Source of the DNA: Candidatus Undinarchaeota archaeon
Lineage (GTDB): Archaea > SpSt-1190 > JASMDC01
Direction: 5' to 3'
Assembly (NCBI GenBank): GCA_964519305.1
Contig: CAZFHY010000001.1
Span: 442,132 to 506,131 of the forward strand
Length of the DNA: 64,000 bases
How positions within the stretch are numbered: the first letter of the stretch is position 1; every line of letters starts with the position of its first letter. Of this stretch, positions 8,821-18,632 are shown piece by piece. The notes beneath the pieces are model-generated. The model was not told the DNA's origin and searched no databases. It worked only from the letters and a program-made list of their open reading frames with translations. A program made the translations under genes and the position numbers.

Positions 8821-11800
8821 CTGGCCCACCTCCCGTGCGCTGTCGTGCGAACAGTTCCGCCAACCGGGCTTCAGCCTCCGTCATCCGGGCCTCGACCGAA
8901 ATAGCGCACGCCAGATCATTGGCACGCAGGCATTCCACCTTCTCGTCAACCAAGGACTTCAGTGTGCTCAAGGCCTCGACCACCTCGTCATCCGTTGTAC
9001 CGGGGTGCGATGGCGGGGGTATCGTGACGTCCGGTGAAGGTTCTGTTGTAGGGGGCACAACCGTCGTCGACATCAGGTCGCGCAGAGCGCTGCTGAGGTC
9101 GTCGCCGAACCCGACGCGGTACTCGTCCCGTGTAGCGTTCGCCTGGTAGGAGCCTAGCATAGCGACCACCTTCTCGAGACGTGTGATACCCTTACCGGTC
9201 TCCAGATAGATTGGCCGGATATAGATCCAGTGCCGGCCGATGCGATAGAGGAGCATGTTACCTGGCTTGAGCGTTTCGCTCTCCTTAAGCCGTGCCCATT
9301 CCTGATACCGGGCATCACCTTTGTAGTTCCGCTCGATAGCTTGGTATGAGTAGAAGAGCCACCCGCCCTCGTCCCCGCCGGATTTGGGGAAGCGATAGAG
9401 GACGATATCACCGAAATGCGCAAGGTCATCCCTGAGGAAGGAGTTGCGCACTACGTACAATCCAACGAGACCTGTCTCGGTCTGCGTCTGGGCCTCTCCC
9501 TTGTCGAGCAATGCTGGCAGGATCCCCACGAACTCCGTGGCACCATCGTCCATCTGGAAGGGGGTGTAGTACATCGTCTGCTGCGAAGGGTCTGACTTGA
9601 AGAAGTCCAGCCCCTTGTAGTAGTCCTCGGGCATAGGGTGGAAGTCGAAGTGTTTGTGGGCGCGCCAGGTGAAGTACTGCTTGGGATACCGGAGCTGGCG
9701 CCGGACCTCGTCGGGGAGCTCCCGGCTGAGGTCGGGATACACGGAGCGGAGTAGTTGGGAGAGCTGGTCGTCGAAAGGTGCGTAGAGCTCGATCTCTCCG
9801 GTGTAGATATTGCCTAGTGCTATCACTGCGTACCGCGCGTATGCCTCTACAGGATCGCGGGAGCCCACACCACCAGTGACCTCCATTCGAGTAAGGGGGA
9901 TAAGGGCCGGATCGAGCGCGATGAACCCGTGCATGAGGAACCAGGTACTCCCCCGATAGGTGATCGGATAGGGATCGTTACCCTTGATGTCGAAGGGCTC
10001 GGTCGTGGCCAGCATGGGCAGCATATTGCGCAAGCGCAGGTCCAGCCGGCGTAAGAGCAGGAGCTTGAAACTGGATATATCACCCCTGTCGATGGCCTCA
10101 GCCCAGCGCCAGTAGAATGTCTCGTCCGATGGCACTCGCCACCGGCGCAAGGCGTTCGGGAACAGTCCGATATAATGTGCGTCATAGAAGAAAATGTCAG
10201 GGACGGGGACATCAAGGCCCTTACCCTCGTACGTGACCCCGCCGACCTCGGTCACCCCCTCCTCGGTCAGATAGCTCTCCAGAAGAGAGAAGTCCTCGTG
10301 GACCCCGTAGTACATCTGGTCCTCGGGATACGCGTTCTCAATACCATGACCTGTGTGGGCGTCCAGAGTCATGAAGCCCTGATCGGAGTGGGTGTAGAAC
10401 TGGTGGTTGTTGTAGAAGTCACCGTCCGTCACCTTGTCCCGTCGAAGAGGGAGCTCTACGGCCCAGAATGGTGCCATCCGACCATCCTCTTCTCGCACCA
10501 GGAAATCCTCGTTCCCGATATCCAAGTACGGTACCTCGCCCATGTTGCGATCGGTCCGCACACGGGCACGCTCACGGTCCCATAGGCGGACAGTGGAGAG
10601 CATGTCCGCGTTGGTGGTGAGGAAGTCTTCCTTGAACCTGAAGTTCTGACGGAGCGCCGCACCTCCGAGGTCGCTTACTTGGACGCTATCAACAGGGATG
10701 TCCGCAAGGTACCGATTGATGCTCAGGCCCGCCCGGATGAGGGTGTCATAATAGAGCTCTGGATGGCTCTGCACCTGGTTGTTCATGGGCGAGAGCACGA
10801 GACGATCTAGCACCGGTGCCAGCACGATGAACGCTACGAGCAGCCCTGCTATGAGCGCAATCGTCACCGACACCAACATCGCGGCCCGGGCGCCGTCCTT
10901 GTTCCCAGAGACACGGGCCATGACGTTAACGATGGTTCTGGCCAGGTCGAACCTGAGCACGACATAGGCCATCAGCATCCCGCCGAGCACGACCACCCAC
11001 CTGGCCATGAGGGTTATGATGGCAAGTAGGTTCGTCGGTGCAGTGGTCACACCGATGTCGCCCACAAGTGTCCGCAGACCAAGGTCCACGGAGGAAAGGA
11101 CCAACCAGGCGATTATGATGGTGAACAGCGCACGCGCCGTCGAGGAGAACACAGAGGTGTCGGTCCGTCGGGGGAGCACAAGCCAGATGAACGCGAAGTA
11201 GAGCAGAGTAGAGATTATCTGGGCTACGAGCGGAGTAAGGAGCGGGCCCACTAAGGTAAAGAAGAGGGCATTGTCAGTTACCAGTTCAGCGTACCGGGCA
11301 TGGTCGAACTGCTGCGCCTCCAGGCCGATGAGCCCCATGAGAGAGACGTACTCGGCAGGAAGGTGTTCCTTCGTGAGGATGGGGGCCAGGTGGAGCACGG
11401 CGATTTCGCGGAGGTCGGCGGGATCCGGGATAAGCTCGAAACCGTTCGTTTGTGCTTCGATTACGAATCCGGTCAGGTAGTATCGTTGTGCCTCGGGAAG
11501 GTCCAGCATGCCATGGAGGTCACCTGTGGCCGCCACAACGGACCGTGCACCGCCCATAATACCGAAGACCAGCATGAGGATGGCCAGCGAGTAGAACACT
11601 ATGACAGGCACGTGGTACATGGACAGGTCGATGACATCCCTCACTACAGGATCATCGAACGGCGCGCGGTCCGGTGTTCGCTTCTGGATCATCAGACGGG
11701 CCAGTGCCCAAGGGAGCACAAGGAAGAGTGGAACATACCTGAATGACAGGATGTGGAGATGATGGAGCAGCCCGTCCTTCTGCGCGAAGCGCTCTAGACG

Positions 11801-12178
11801 CATGCTCACCAGCGCCCACAGCACTAGCAGTCCCAGGCCGACCGGGAAGGAGAACCGCCAAGTACCCCATAGGAGGAGCATAAGACCGGGATCGAAGTGG
11901 AAGAAAGCAAGCCACGACACAAGTGCCCAGAGGGCCATGCCATTGACCGCCAAGGTGACCTGGCGCATGAAAGTACCGCCTCCGACAGGTACGTCCGTAC
12001 CGAGCACACGTATGGACTCGATACTGCCGTCCAGGATCGTGCCCTTCCATGCCAGATGGAGCATCTGTTGCTTGAAGGGCAGGTAGTGATTGAGATAGAA
12101 GCTGGTCAGGAGGAAAAGGCTCACGCCGAGGACGAGCAGGATGGCCTTCCCGCGGGGGCGGTTCCAAGTTTTCGCCAT
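8810..12178 (-). CDS. UPF0182 family membrane protein (divergent)
   Basis: Many N-terminal TMs; motifs VRLWD, FYTH, YYG, DPYP, LRYP, GNML, YIRPIY. Confidence 0.8.
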   Translation of the reverse strand: MAKTWNRPRGKAILLVLGVSLFLLTSFYLNHYLPFKQQMLHLAWKGTILDGSIESIRVLGTDVPVGGGTFMRQVTLAVNGMALWALVSWLAFFHFDPGLMLLLWGTWRFSFPVGLGLLVLWALVSMRLERFAQKDGLLHHLHILSFRYVPLFLVLPWALARLMIQKRTPDRAPFDDPVVRDVIDLSMYHVPVIVFYSLAILMLVFGIMGGARSVVAATGDLHGMLDLPEAQRYYLTGFVIEAQTNGFELIPDPADLREIAVLHLAPILTKEHLPAEYVSLMGLIGLEAQQFDHARYAELVTDNALFFTLVGPLLTPLVAQIISTLLYFAFIWLVLPRRTDTSVFSSTARALFTIIIAWLVLSSVDLGLRTLVGDIGVTTAPTNLLAIITLMARWVVVLGGMLMAYVVLRFDLARTIVNVMARVSGNKDGARAAMLVSVTIALIAGLLVAFIVLAPVLDRLVLSPMNNQVQSHPELYYDTLIRAGLSINRYLADIPVDSVQVSDLGGAALRQNFRFKEDFLTTNADMLSTVRLWDRERARVRTDRNMGEVPYLDIGNEDFLVREEDGRMAPFWAVELPLRRDKVTDGDFYNNHQFYTHSDQGFMTLDAHTGHGIENAYPEDQMYYGVHEDFSLLESYLTEEGVTEVGGVTYEGKGLDVPVPDIFFYDAHYIGLFPNALRRWRVPSDETFYWRWAEAIDRGDISSFKLLLLRRLDLRLRNMLPMLATTEPFDIKGNDPYPITYRGSTWFLMHGFIALDPALIPLTRMEVTGGVGSRDPVEAYARYAVIALGNIYTGEIELYAPFDDQLSQLLRSVYPDLSRELPDEVRRQLRYPKQYFTWRAHKHFDFHPMPEDYYKGLDFFKSDPSQQTMYYTPFQMDDGATEFVGILPALLDKGEAQTQTETGLVGLYVVRNSFLRDDLAHFGDIVLYRFPKSGGDEGGWLFYSYQAIERNYKGDARYQEWARLKESETLKPGNMLLYRIGRHWIYIRPIYLETGKGITRLEKVVAMLGSYQANATRDEYRVGFGDDLSSALRDLMSTTVVPPTTEPSPDVTIPPPSHPGTTDDEVVEALSTLKSLVDEKVECLRANDLACAISVEARMTEAEARLAELFARQRTGGGPDAA

Positions 12179-12182
12179 AGGT

Positions 12183-12641
12183 TCAGCCGCGCTTCCGTAC
12201 CTTGACAACGTCCCCGAGGGTGAGCGGGGCGTCATGGCTCTTGAGGGGCCCTACGTCCTCCTCTTCGAGCACGGCCACTAGCGTGATTTCCAGTTTCCGT
12301 TCGAGGCGGCGGGCCAGGGTGATCGGGGGTACCATGCGTCCTGCCTCGATGCGGGTAATCACAGACTCCTTCTCGTTGAGACGATCAGCGAGCTCCTTTT
12401 GTGTGATACCCATCCGTTCACGGGCCTGGTGCACCCGTAAGGCACATTCGGGGACGACCTCCTCCTCAGGCTTGCGTTTTGTGGGGATTCTCCTCACAGT
12501 ACGCTCTACAGGCCGCGGCTCGTAGGCAGGTCCTAGTCGGGCCCCCATGGAGGCGCAGTCCCTGCACACGGTGACGGTAGCACCCTCAAGGCGAATACGC
12601 TCGCCCCGGTGCATCTGACGTCCGCAAATCTCGCACTCCAC
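12183..12641 (-). CDS. mbf1: Archaeal multiprotein bridging factor 1 (Zn ribbon + HTH)
   Basis: CEICG...VCRDC; ARERMGITQKELA..LNEKESVI.RIE.G; TLGDVV. Confidence 0.93.
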   Translation of the reverse strand: MECEICGRQMHRGERIRLEGATVTVCRDCASMGARLGPAYEPRPVERTVRRIPTKRKPEEEVVPECALRVHQARERMGITQKELADRLNEKESVITRIEAGRMVPPITLARRLERKLEITLVAVLEEEDVGPLKSHDAPLTLGDVVKVRKRG

Positions 12642-12704
12642 GGTCGATGGGGAGCCGGGTAGACATTAAAATGTTTGTGCCGGCCACGTTCTGGAACGCA
12701 CAAC

Positions 12705-13049
12705 ATGGCCCACATAGACGAGGTCGCCCATCGACACATCGTTGTGGACGGCCAGGCATTCAAGGAGGATATCGTGCTCACCCAGTGGGGCTGGGTGGAG
12801 TCCAGGACAGAGAAGGGGAAGGTCACCCTTCGCGAGCTTGAGCTCCTCCTACTCCATCACCATGCCAAGGTATTTGTGTTCGGACGTGGGCTGATCGGTA
12901 TCCATAACCTATCACCCGAGGACGAGAAGGCGATCGAGCGCATGGGCGTGAAGATGCACTCGCTCCCCACCCCTGAGGCTGCAGAACTGTTCAATCGGCT
13001 AGCCGACGAAGAGGATGGAGTGATAGGGCTGTTCCGCGTGCTCGTGTGA
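12705..13049 (+). CDS. Mth938-like (DUF498) domain protein
   Basis: IVVDGQAFKEDIVL, FVFGRG, LPTPEAAELFNRL. Confidence 0.75.
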   Translation: MAHIDEVAHRHIVVDGQAFKEDIVLTQWGWVESRTEKGKVTLRELELLLLHHHAKVFVFGRGLIGIHNLSPEDEKAIERMGVKMHSLPTPEAAELFNRLADEEDGVIGLFRVLV

Positions 13050-13054
13050 CGGGC

Positions 13055-13897
13055 CTAGACGGTCTCGACTGTCTTCTCTGAGAATACCTTGCGTGCCCTC
13101 TCGAGATCTTCCTTGGTGTCGATACCGATCCATTGGCCGGCCAGGTTGTACCCGGCGAGCTTCCCTTCCTTTGCCAGGTGAGGGAGCACGTCTCGCTCCA
13201 AGGAGCGTTGAGTGGCATCGAGGTTCGAGAATATCTCGCGCTCGAAGATGTAGATACCGCCGTTGATGATGAAGGAACGGTAATCGGTGGGCTTCTCTGT
13301 GTAGTCCACGACCTTGCTACCCTTCAGTTCGACGACACCGTAGGCCGCGGGGTCCGGGACGGTTGTCAGACCAACGGTCCCCAAGGCCTTTGTCTGCTCG
13401 TGGAACTCCACCATATCGGTGAGATCGAACTTGAAGAAATTGTCCCCATAGATAAGGATGAACCGACTATCGATAAACTTCTCAGCCCGGATGAGGGCGC
13501 CGGCCGTTCCGAGAGGCTCCGGATCCCGGATGTATGTGATCTCTACACCGAACTGGCTTCCGTCACCGAAGTAGTCCATGACCTTGTCGGCCTTGTATGA
13601 AACGGAAATGATCATCTGGGTGAATCCGAGCACTCGGAGATTGCGCACCACATGCTCCAAGATAGGCTTCCCCCCGACATCCAGCATGCACTTGGGCGTG
13701 TCCTTTGTCAGGGGCAGGAGGTCCTTGCCCTGGCTCCCTGCGAGGATGAGCACCTTGATCTTCTCCTCACGGAAATAGTTGACAAGGATGCTCTCGAGCG
13801 CGTGCGACCGGTTCCGGATAACGGTACCGTCGATAATATTATCTACGCGGTTGATGAGGTCCTCTCTCAAGGATATGGAGATAATCCGTCGGCGCAT
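13055..13897 (-). CDS. Sugar-phosphate nucleotidyltransferase with N-terminal RHH domain
   Basis: ISISLREDLINRVD...RNRSHALESIL (RHH); ILAG...PLTKDTPKCMLDVGGKPILEH, PLGTAGA, YGD, EKP, INGGIY. Confidence 0.88.
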   Translation of the reverse strand: MRRRIISISLREDLINRVDNIIDGTVIRNRSHALESILVNYFREEKIKVLILAGSQGKDLLPLTKDTPKCMLDVGGKPILEHVVRNLRVLGFTQMIISVSYKADKVMDYFGDGSQFGVEITYIRDPEPLGTAGALIRAEKFIDSRFILIYGDNFFKFDLTDMVEFHEQTKALGTVGLTTVPDPAAYGVVELKGSKVVDYTEKPTDYRSFIINGGIYIFEREIFSNLDATQRSLERDVLPHLAKEGKLAGYNLAGQWIGIDTKEDLERARKVFSEKTVETV

Positions 13898-13953
13898 GTT
13901 TCTCACCAGGGGGTGTGGGCGGTTGACCGCCCGACTTATTCTTAGGGCAGGTT

Positions 13954-14037
13954 ATCCTTAATAAATGCTTCGTAATGTTAAGCCATTTTCGTGTTTTTTC
14001 TTACATTTACGCCCCCTCCCAAGGATTTATTAAGGAT
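13954..14037. repeat. Perfect 13-bp inverted repeat (ATCCTTAATAAAT / ATTTATTAAGGAT) in a divergent promoter region
   Basis: 13954-13966 and 14025-14037 are exact reverse complements. Confidence 0.7.
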
Positions 14038-14347
14038 TAATACAATTTATTCTGAAAAAGACCCGTTTTCCGAGATTTTTTCGCGTCAATGACATAGTAT
14101 ATCCGTTACAATGTCGACGTACTGGGTATCGGACCACGGGATAAACACAGACCCTCAAAACCGGCGTAAAGCCCCCCGTTCAGTTCATATCCCCTGAGAA
14201 ACGCGCCATTCTCATCTAAACAGCCCCATTGGCGCCAGTTAATGTAACACAAAGACATGCTCAGGAATCAAGCGTCCCATGGCTGTTCCGAGAATCCTAT
14301 TTATACATGGGACAGCAGGTATCGTTAGGAGGTCCACTCCGTCATAG

Positions 14348-17300
14348 ATGGGCCTACCTAAGGTGATCATCGTGAAATCCAGATATGTTATCTTGGCCGT
14401 TATGGCAGTGGTGTTAATGAGTGCCGTCCCCGTGAGCTCGGAAGAGGGCGGAGAGCTCGTGTGGTGCATCCACGAGTACGAACCCGACGACGAGTTCGCG
14501 AAGTGTAGCAACATCGAGGATGCGGCCACCCTTATGCCGGGAGAGTGCGGGATGCTCAGCATCATGAAGGGAGACTACTTGGAGGACAACGACGATTACA
14601 GCTGGAAGGCATGCTCCTACCTCTTCAATCTGGGGGAACAGGCCTATGTGGGTCAGGTGTGCGTCGCAAAAGGCTGGATGGCCAACAGCCCGACCCGCGA
14701 GGAGCTCAATCTACCGCCCTGCGAGGAAAATCCCCCAGTCGAGGGCTCACCCTTGATCCAAGAAGGGATGATCCCCGGTCTCAAGAAACCGAAGTTCGAG
14801 TCCGAGGCCGAAGTGGACGAGCTCAACGTCTCGCTCCTCGACTGCCCCGAGCAAGGGGGGGTTGACGCGGCCAACTACGAGAACATGGCCGAGTACGTCG
14901 ACGCGACAATCCTCTACTATGAGAACTTCCTCAAGTTCTTCAAGGAGCTCAACAACGATTTCCAAATCGTATATTCCGCTGTCAAGAAGCAATGCTCAAT
15001 ATGCGAGAGCAGCGTCGAGTCGTTCAACGAGAAATACGCCGTCTGTGGTATGCCCGAGCAGAAGATGGAGGACCTTCCCGCCCCCACTATCTGCTGGAAC
15101 GTGGCCAAGCCATTCTGTGAGCGGGGCTCCGTCTGCAACGAGGGGAGCGGAGGCCAAGCAGGGATGGTGAAGATGTGCAAGATGTGCGAGGCCATCCCGT
15201 GCAACTACGGAAAGGAGTGCGAGAAGGGTGTACCCGGACCCGACGGAGAGTGCTGGTCCAATGAGAACTTCTGCGGGACCGATGACACTATCGGCTCACC
15301 AGGCGACGACTTCGGAGCAGCTGGATGCAACCCGAAGCCCGATCCCTCCACAGTGGACATGGGCGGGTGCTGCATGGAGGCCATGGTCATCTGTCAGGCC
15401 AAGTACGGTGCCTACCTCGAGGCCTGGGGCGAGTGGAACGAGGAGCAGGAGGAGAACCCCACCCCTGATGAGGAACCTCAGGAACCTTTGTGCACGGACA
15501 TCTACCAGTACAAGGACGAAGCGTGCTTCCAGGATAGCCCCTCCCACATAATCGCGGAAGCGTGGCGGACCCTTGTGACCGAGAAGTCCAAGCGGGCCGT
15601 TGTCGCCCCCATTGGTGTGCGGGAGTGCGAGAAGAAGCTCGCCGACCTACGCGACATCTGCGAGATGGACAAGGACCAGATCGCCTGTGATGTCGAGAAG
15701 GACATGAAGAAGACCCTCAAGTACCTCAAGAACCTCCTCACCCAGATGCCCAAGGCCATCGGTGAGCTCAAGAAGGTGAAGTCCAAGTTCCAGACATCCA
15801 TCAATCAGGGTGCGTCCTACGTCGAGATCAAGAAGAACATGGACACGCTGGTCGCCATCATGGAGAACATCGACAAGCTCGAGAAGAGCGGCGACGAGGA
15901 GGAACTGGACACCGATAAGTTCCAGAAGCTGCTCACCAAGCTGGTCAAGTTCTTCCAGACGAGCGAGTTCTACACCGACCTCACCAAGAAGCACTCCTGG
16001 AACGCGGTGGCCTGCAAGCTCGATGCCGCAGGGTGCGATCTCGCATTCCCGGGAGGAACACCTAAGGAGATGAAGCACAAAGGCGATGGCTGCGACAAAT
16101 GGGGCGCGTTCTGTAGCAAGTGGAACGTGATCCCCGGTGGTGGCGGTCAGTCAGGTGACGAACAGAGCTTTGCTATGACGTCCATGATGATGAGCGGTAG
16201 CGGCGAGGGAGCTCCCATCCTAGGGTGCGGCGGGTACCGCGGTGGATGCCACCACGTCCCCCAGATGTTCCACTGGAAGGACCAGAACATGGACGAGTGG
16301 GGCGAGGTCCATATGGAAGCGCTCCAGGAGTTCCGTGAGCTCGACCTCCGGGACATGTTCGTCGATTCGGGAGAGTGCTTCCGTCACAAGATCCCTACTG
16401 TATCGCTGTGCGAGGACATCTGCAAGTCGTGCCATGGCACGTCCATTGCACACTGTCATGCCCAGCTGGGTCTGTGCGTTTGCCGGCTGGGTACCGAGTG
16501 GAAGACCACCGCGTACGAATGTCAGGAGCCCATCCACAACGACACGGACAAAGCGCAGTTCCAGGCATGCTGCGAGGCAATGTACGCCGATGTGAGCGCG
16601 CCCACGGCTGGTACGGGGATACCTCACGTCGTATACAGGCCCGGCGGCGGTACCGCTAATCGCCAGTGCGTGGTGGGGATGGACAAGAACTGCCTCTTCG
16701 ACAAGGAACTCTGCCCTACACCGGACCACGTCCTCAACGCAGGCCCCCTCTACGACTACTGTCAGACCAGCACATCAGAGACTGGCCTGTGCTGCAAGTT
16801 CGGGTTCGAGGAAAAACCTATCACCTACTCCTGCGCTGAGAGCGCGTCCTGTCGCAAAGGGTGTCAGGAGAAGTTCAGGGGGAACCCGCTACGTGTCGAC
16901 GAGTGCACTGCCCGGTGCATGGCGGCCGAGGTATCATGCGAGCAGCAGTGCCTGACACAATCCCTGGACATCCGTGAGGAGCGGAGGTGTATCTACGAGT
17001 GCTGGAAGCAGGAGCAGGAGGAGATGCCCGAGTACACGTTCGATTGCATCCGCAACTGTCGGCCTGACCAGAAGGACGAAAAAGTACAGGAGGTATGCCA
17101 GCGCATCTGCAAGGCGCTCGCACCGGAGCTCGATGTGCAACTATCAGCGCTACGCGGGGAGAGCGATGTCCAGGCATTCTATGCAGGTGAGGACATCCGG
17201 TTCAAGGCAGCTGTTGACAACAAGGGCTTCCTACCGTTCCGCGGACGGGCCGAGGTGAAGCTCAGGCTCTTCGATTCGTGCGACTGCCCGCCCTGCCCCG

Positions 17301-18526
17301 AGGGGGCAGTGTGCGAGTGTGCGTGCGATGACCAGTTCAGCGCCATCCTGGCAACGATCCCTGTTCCCTTGGTGGAACCAGGGGAGTCCTCGGTCCTACT
17401 CTCGGATCCCAAGGCAGTGGACGCGGGGCTCGCGGGCAAGACAGTCCAGCCCGTGATGGAGCTCTATGATGAGGACAACCGGTTGATACGCTCCGCACAA
17501 GGACCCATCTCGAAGGTCCTCGAGATGGGGAAAGTGGCCATACAGGACGCTTGGTTCGTCGTGGACGGCGAGCGTGACACGAAGGCCTATGCCGGCTCGA
17601 GGATCAAGGGAGCTATCAACGTAAAAGCCATCCTCTTCCCCATTACTGTATACGTATCCATGGTGGACGCGGACGGGAACGAGATCGAGGGCTCACGTAG
17701 CTCTATCGAGATCGAGGACGTGCTCGACGGTAGCCAGCTCGAGACGCTGGAGATCGAGACTCCCGCCCGGTACGTCGGGTTCGTGCTGCGTCTCCGTGTC
17801 GAGGCCATGGACGAGGACAATACGACCCTCCTCGCCGAGACCCTCACCGAACAGGGGCTCGCTTCCGACGCCTGTGCAGGCGACGTGATGACCGCATGGT
17901 GTCAGAAGGAGACCGTGGACTTCCGCATGGACTACCCCGACGCTTACCTCGAGATCCGCCGGCCTGAGCTGAAGCTCAATGAGGCGGTGTTCGAGACCAA
18001 GGACGGACTGTCATCGGCGGTCATGTACGAGGCGACCGAGGTGCGTGCCTCCATCAAGCTGTCGGACATCGCCACCATACCCTTCGAAGGGATGGTGACC
18101 ATCTCCGCTCTGGACTCTTGGTCCGTGGAGGTCGAGGGAAGCTCTCGACAGGTTGACATAACCCTCGCTGGCAAGCAGGATACTACGGCATGGTCGGAGT
18201 ACTTCACCGCAGAGCCCGGGAACACCTACGTGATCATGGTCCGGGCCACGGACCACCAGGGCCGGGAGTGGGCCATCGTTCCCACGTCTTCAGGCCTGGT
18301 GAATCCTGAGCTCTTCCCCCTTGCCCGGCTGGAGGCGAAGGAGAAGACTCTGGTACAGGGCGAGGCGACGTACATCTACTCGTCCATCAGCTACTCGGAC
18401 TGCAACATCCAGGTCGCGTGCGAGGAATGCCTGCCTACGTGCACCCTCTGGCTCCACCGTAAGTCGTGCACGATCAAATCTGATCCTGGCACCTGTGCCT
18501 GCGAGTGTATCAGCTCGGCCACATAG
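14348..18526 (+). CDS. Giant secreted Cys-rich protein A (1392 aa), unknown function
   Basis: Signal peptide, alternating Cys-rich and long helical segments, C-terminal beta-rich domains; collinear paralog of the next gene. Confidence 0.88.
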   Translation: MGLPKVIIVKSRYVILAVMAVVLMSAVPVSSEEGGELVWCIHEYEPDDEFAKCSNIEDAATLMPGECGMLSIMKGDYLEDNDDYSWKACSYLFNLGEQAYVGQVCVAKGWMANSPTREELNLPPCEENPPVEGSPLIQEGMIPGLKKPKFESEAEVDELNVSLLDCPEQGGVDAANYENMAEYVDATILYYENFLKFFKELNNDFQIVYSAVKKQCSICESSVESFNEKYAVCGMPEQKMEDLPAPTICWNVAKPFCERGSVCNEGSGGQAGMVKMCKMCEAIPCNYGKECEKGVPGPDGECWSNENFCGTDDTIGSPGDDFGAAGCNPKPDPSTVDMGGCCMEAMVICQAKYGAYLEAWGEWNEEQEENPTPDEEPQEPLCTDIYQYKDEACFQDSPSHIIAEAWRTLVTEKSKRAVVAPIGVRECEKKLADLRDICEMDKDQIACDVEKDMKKTLKYLKNLLTQMPKAIGELKKVKSKFQTSINQGASYVEIKKNMDTLVAIMENIDKLEKSGDEEELDTDKFQKLLTKLVKFFQTSEFYTDLTKKHSWNAVACKLDAAGCDLAFPGGTPKEMKHKGDGCDKWGAFCSKWNVIPGGGGQSGDEQSFAMTSMMMSGSGEGAPILGCGGYRGGCHHVPQMFHWKDQNMDEWGEVHMEALQEFRELDLRDMFVDSGECFRHKIPTVSLCEDICKSCHGTSIAHCHAQLGLCVCRLGTEWKTTAYECQEPIHNDTDKAQFQACCEAMYADVSAPTAGTGIPHVVYRPGGGTANRQCVVGMDKNCLFDKELCPTPDHVLNAGPLYDYCQTSTSETGLCCKFGFEEKPITYSCAESASCRKGCQEKFRGNPLRVDECTARCMAAEVSCEQQCLTQSLDIREERRCIYECWKQEQEEMPEYTFDCIRNCRPDQKDEKVQEVCQRICKALAPELDVQLSALRGESDVQAFYAGEDIRFKAAVDNKGFLPFRGRAEVKLRLFDSCDCPPCPEGAVCECACDDQFSAILATIPVPLVEPGESSVLLSDPKAVDAGLAGKTVQPVMELYDEDNRLIRSAQGPISKVLEMGKVAIQDAWFVVDGERDTKAYAGSRIKGAINVKAILFPITVYVSMVDADGNEIEGSRSSIEIEDVLDGSQLETLEIETPARYVGFVLRLRVEAMDEDNTTLLAETLTEQGLASDACAGDVMTAWCQKETVDFRMDYPDAYLEIRRPELKLNEAVFETKDGLSSAVMYEATEVRASIKLSDIATIPFEGMVTISALDSWSVEVEGSSRQVDITLAGKQDTTAWSEYFTAEPGNTYVIMVRATDHQGREWAIVPTSSGLVNPELFPLARLEAKEKTLVQGEATYIYSSISYSDCNIQVACEECLPTCTLWLHRKSCTIKSDPGTCACECISSAT

Positions 18527-18632
18527 GCCGTAGCATCGGAAGGTAATGCATGACAGGGCGGACATACCGGTGGCGCTGACCAGGAAACTTGGGAAGGGAG
18601 GGGGGCCTGGCCACCCCCCGGCACGTGCTACA

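Noticed and set aside
16420-16440. CxxCH motifs (CKSCH in protein A; CGNCH and CGSCH in the 54639 protein) as heme c sites
   Set aside because: Paralog B has CKKCY at the same place and sibling repeats lack the His; such motifs are expected by chance in Cys-rich sequence.
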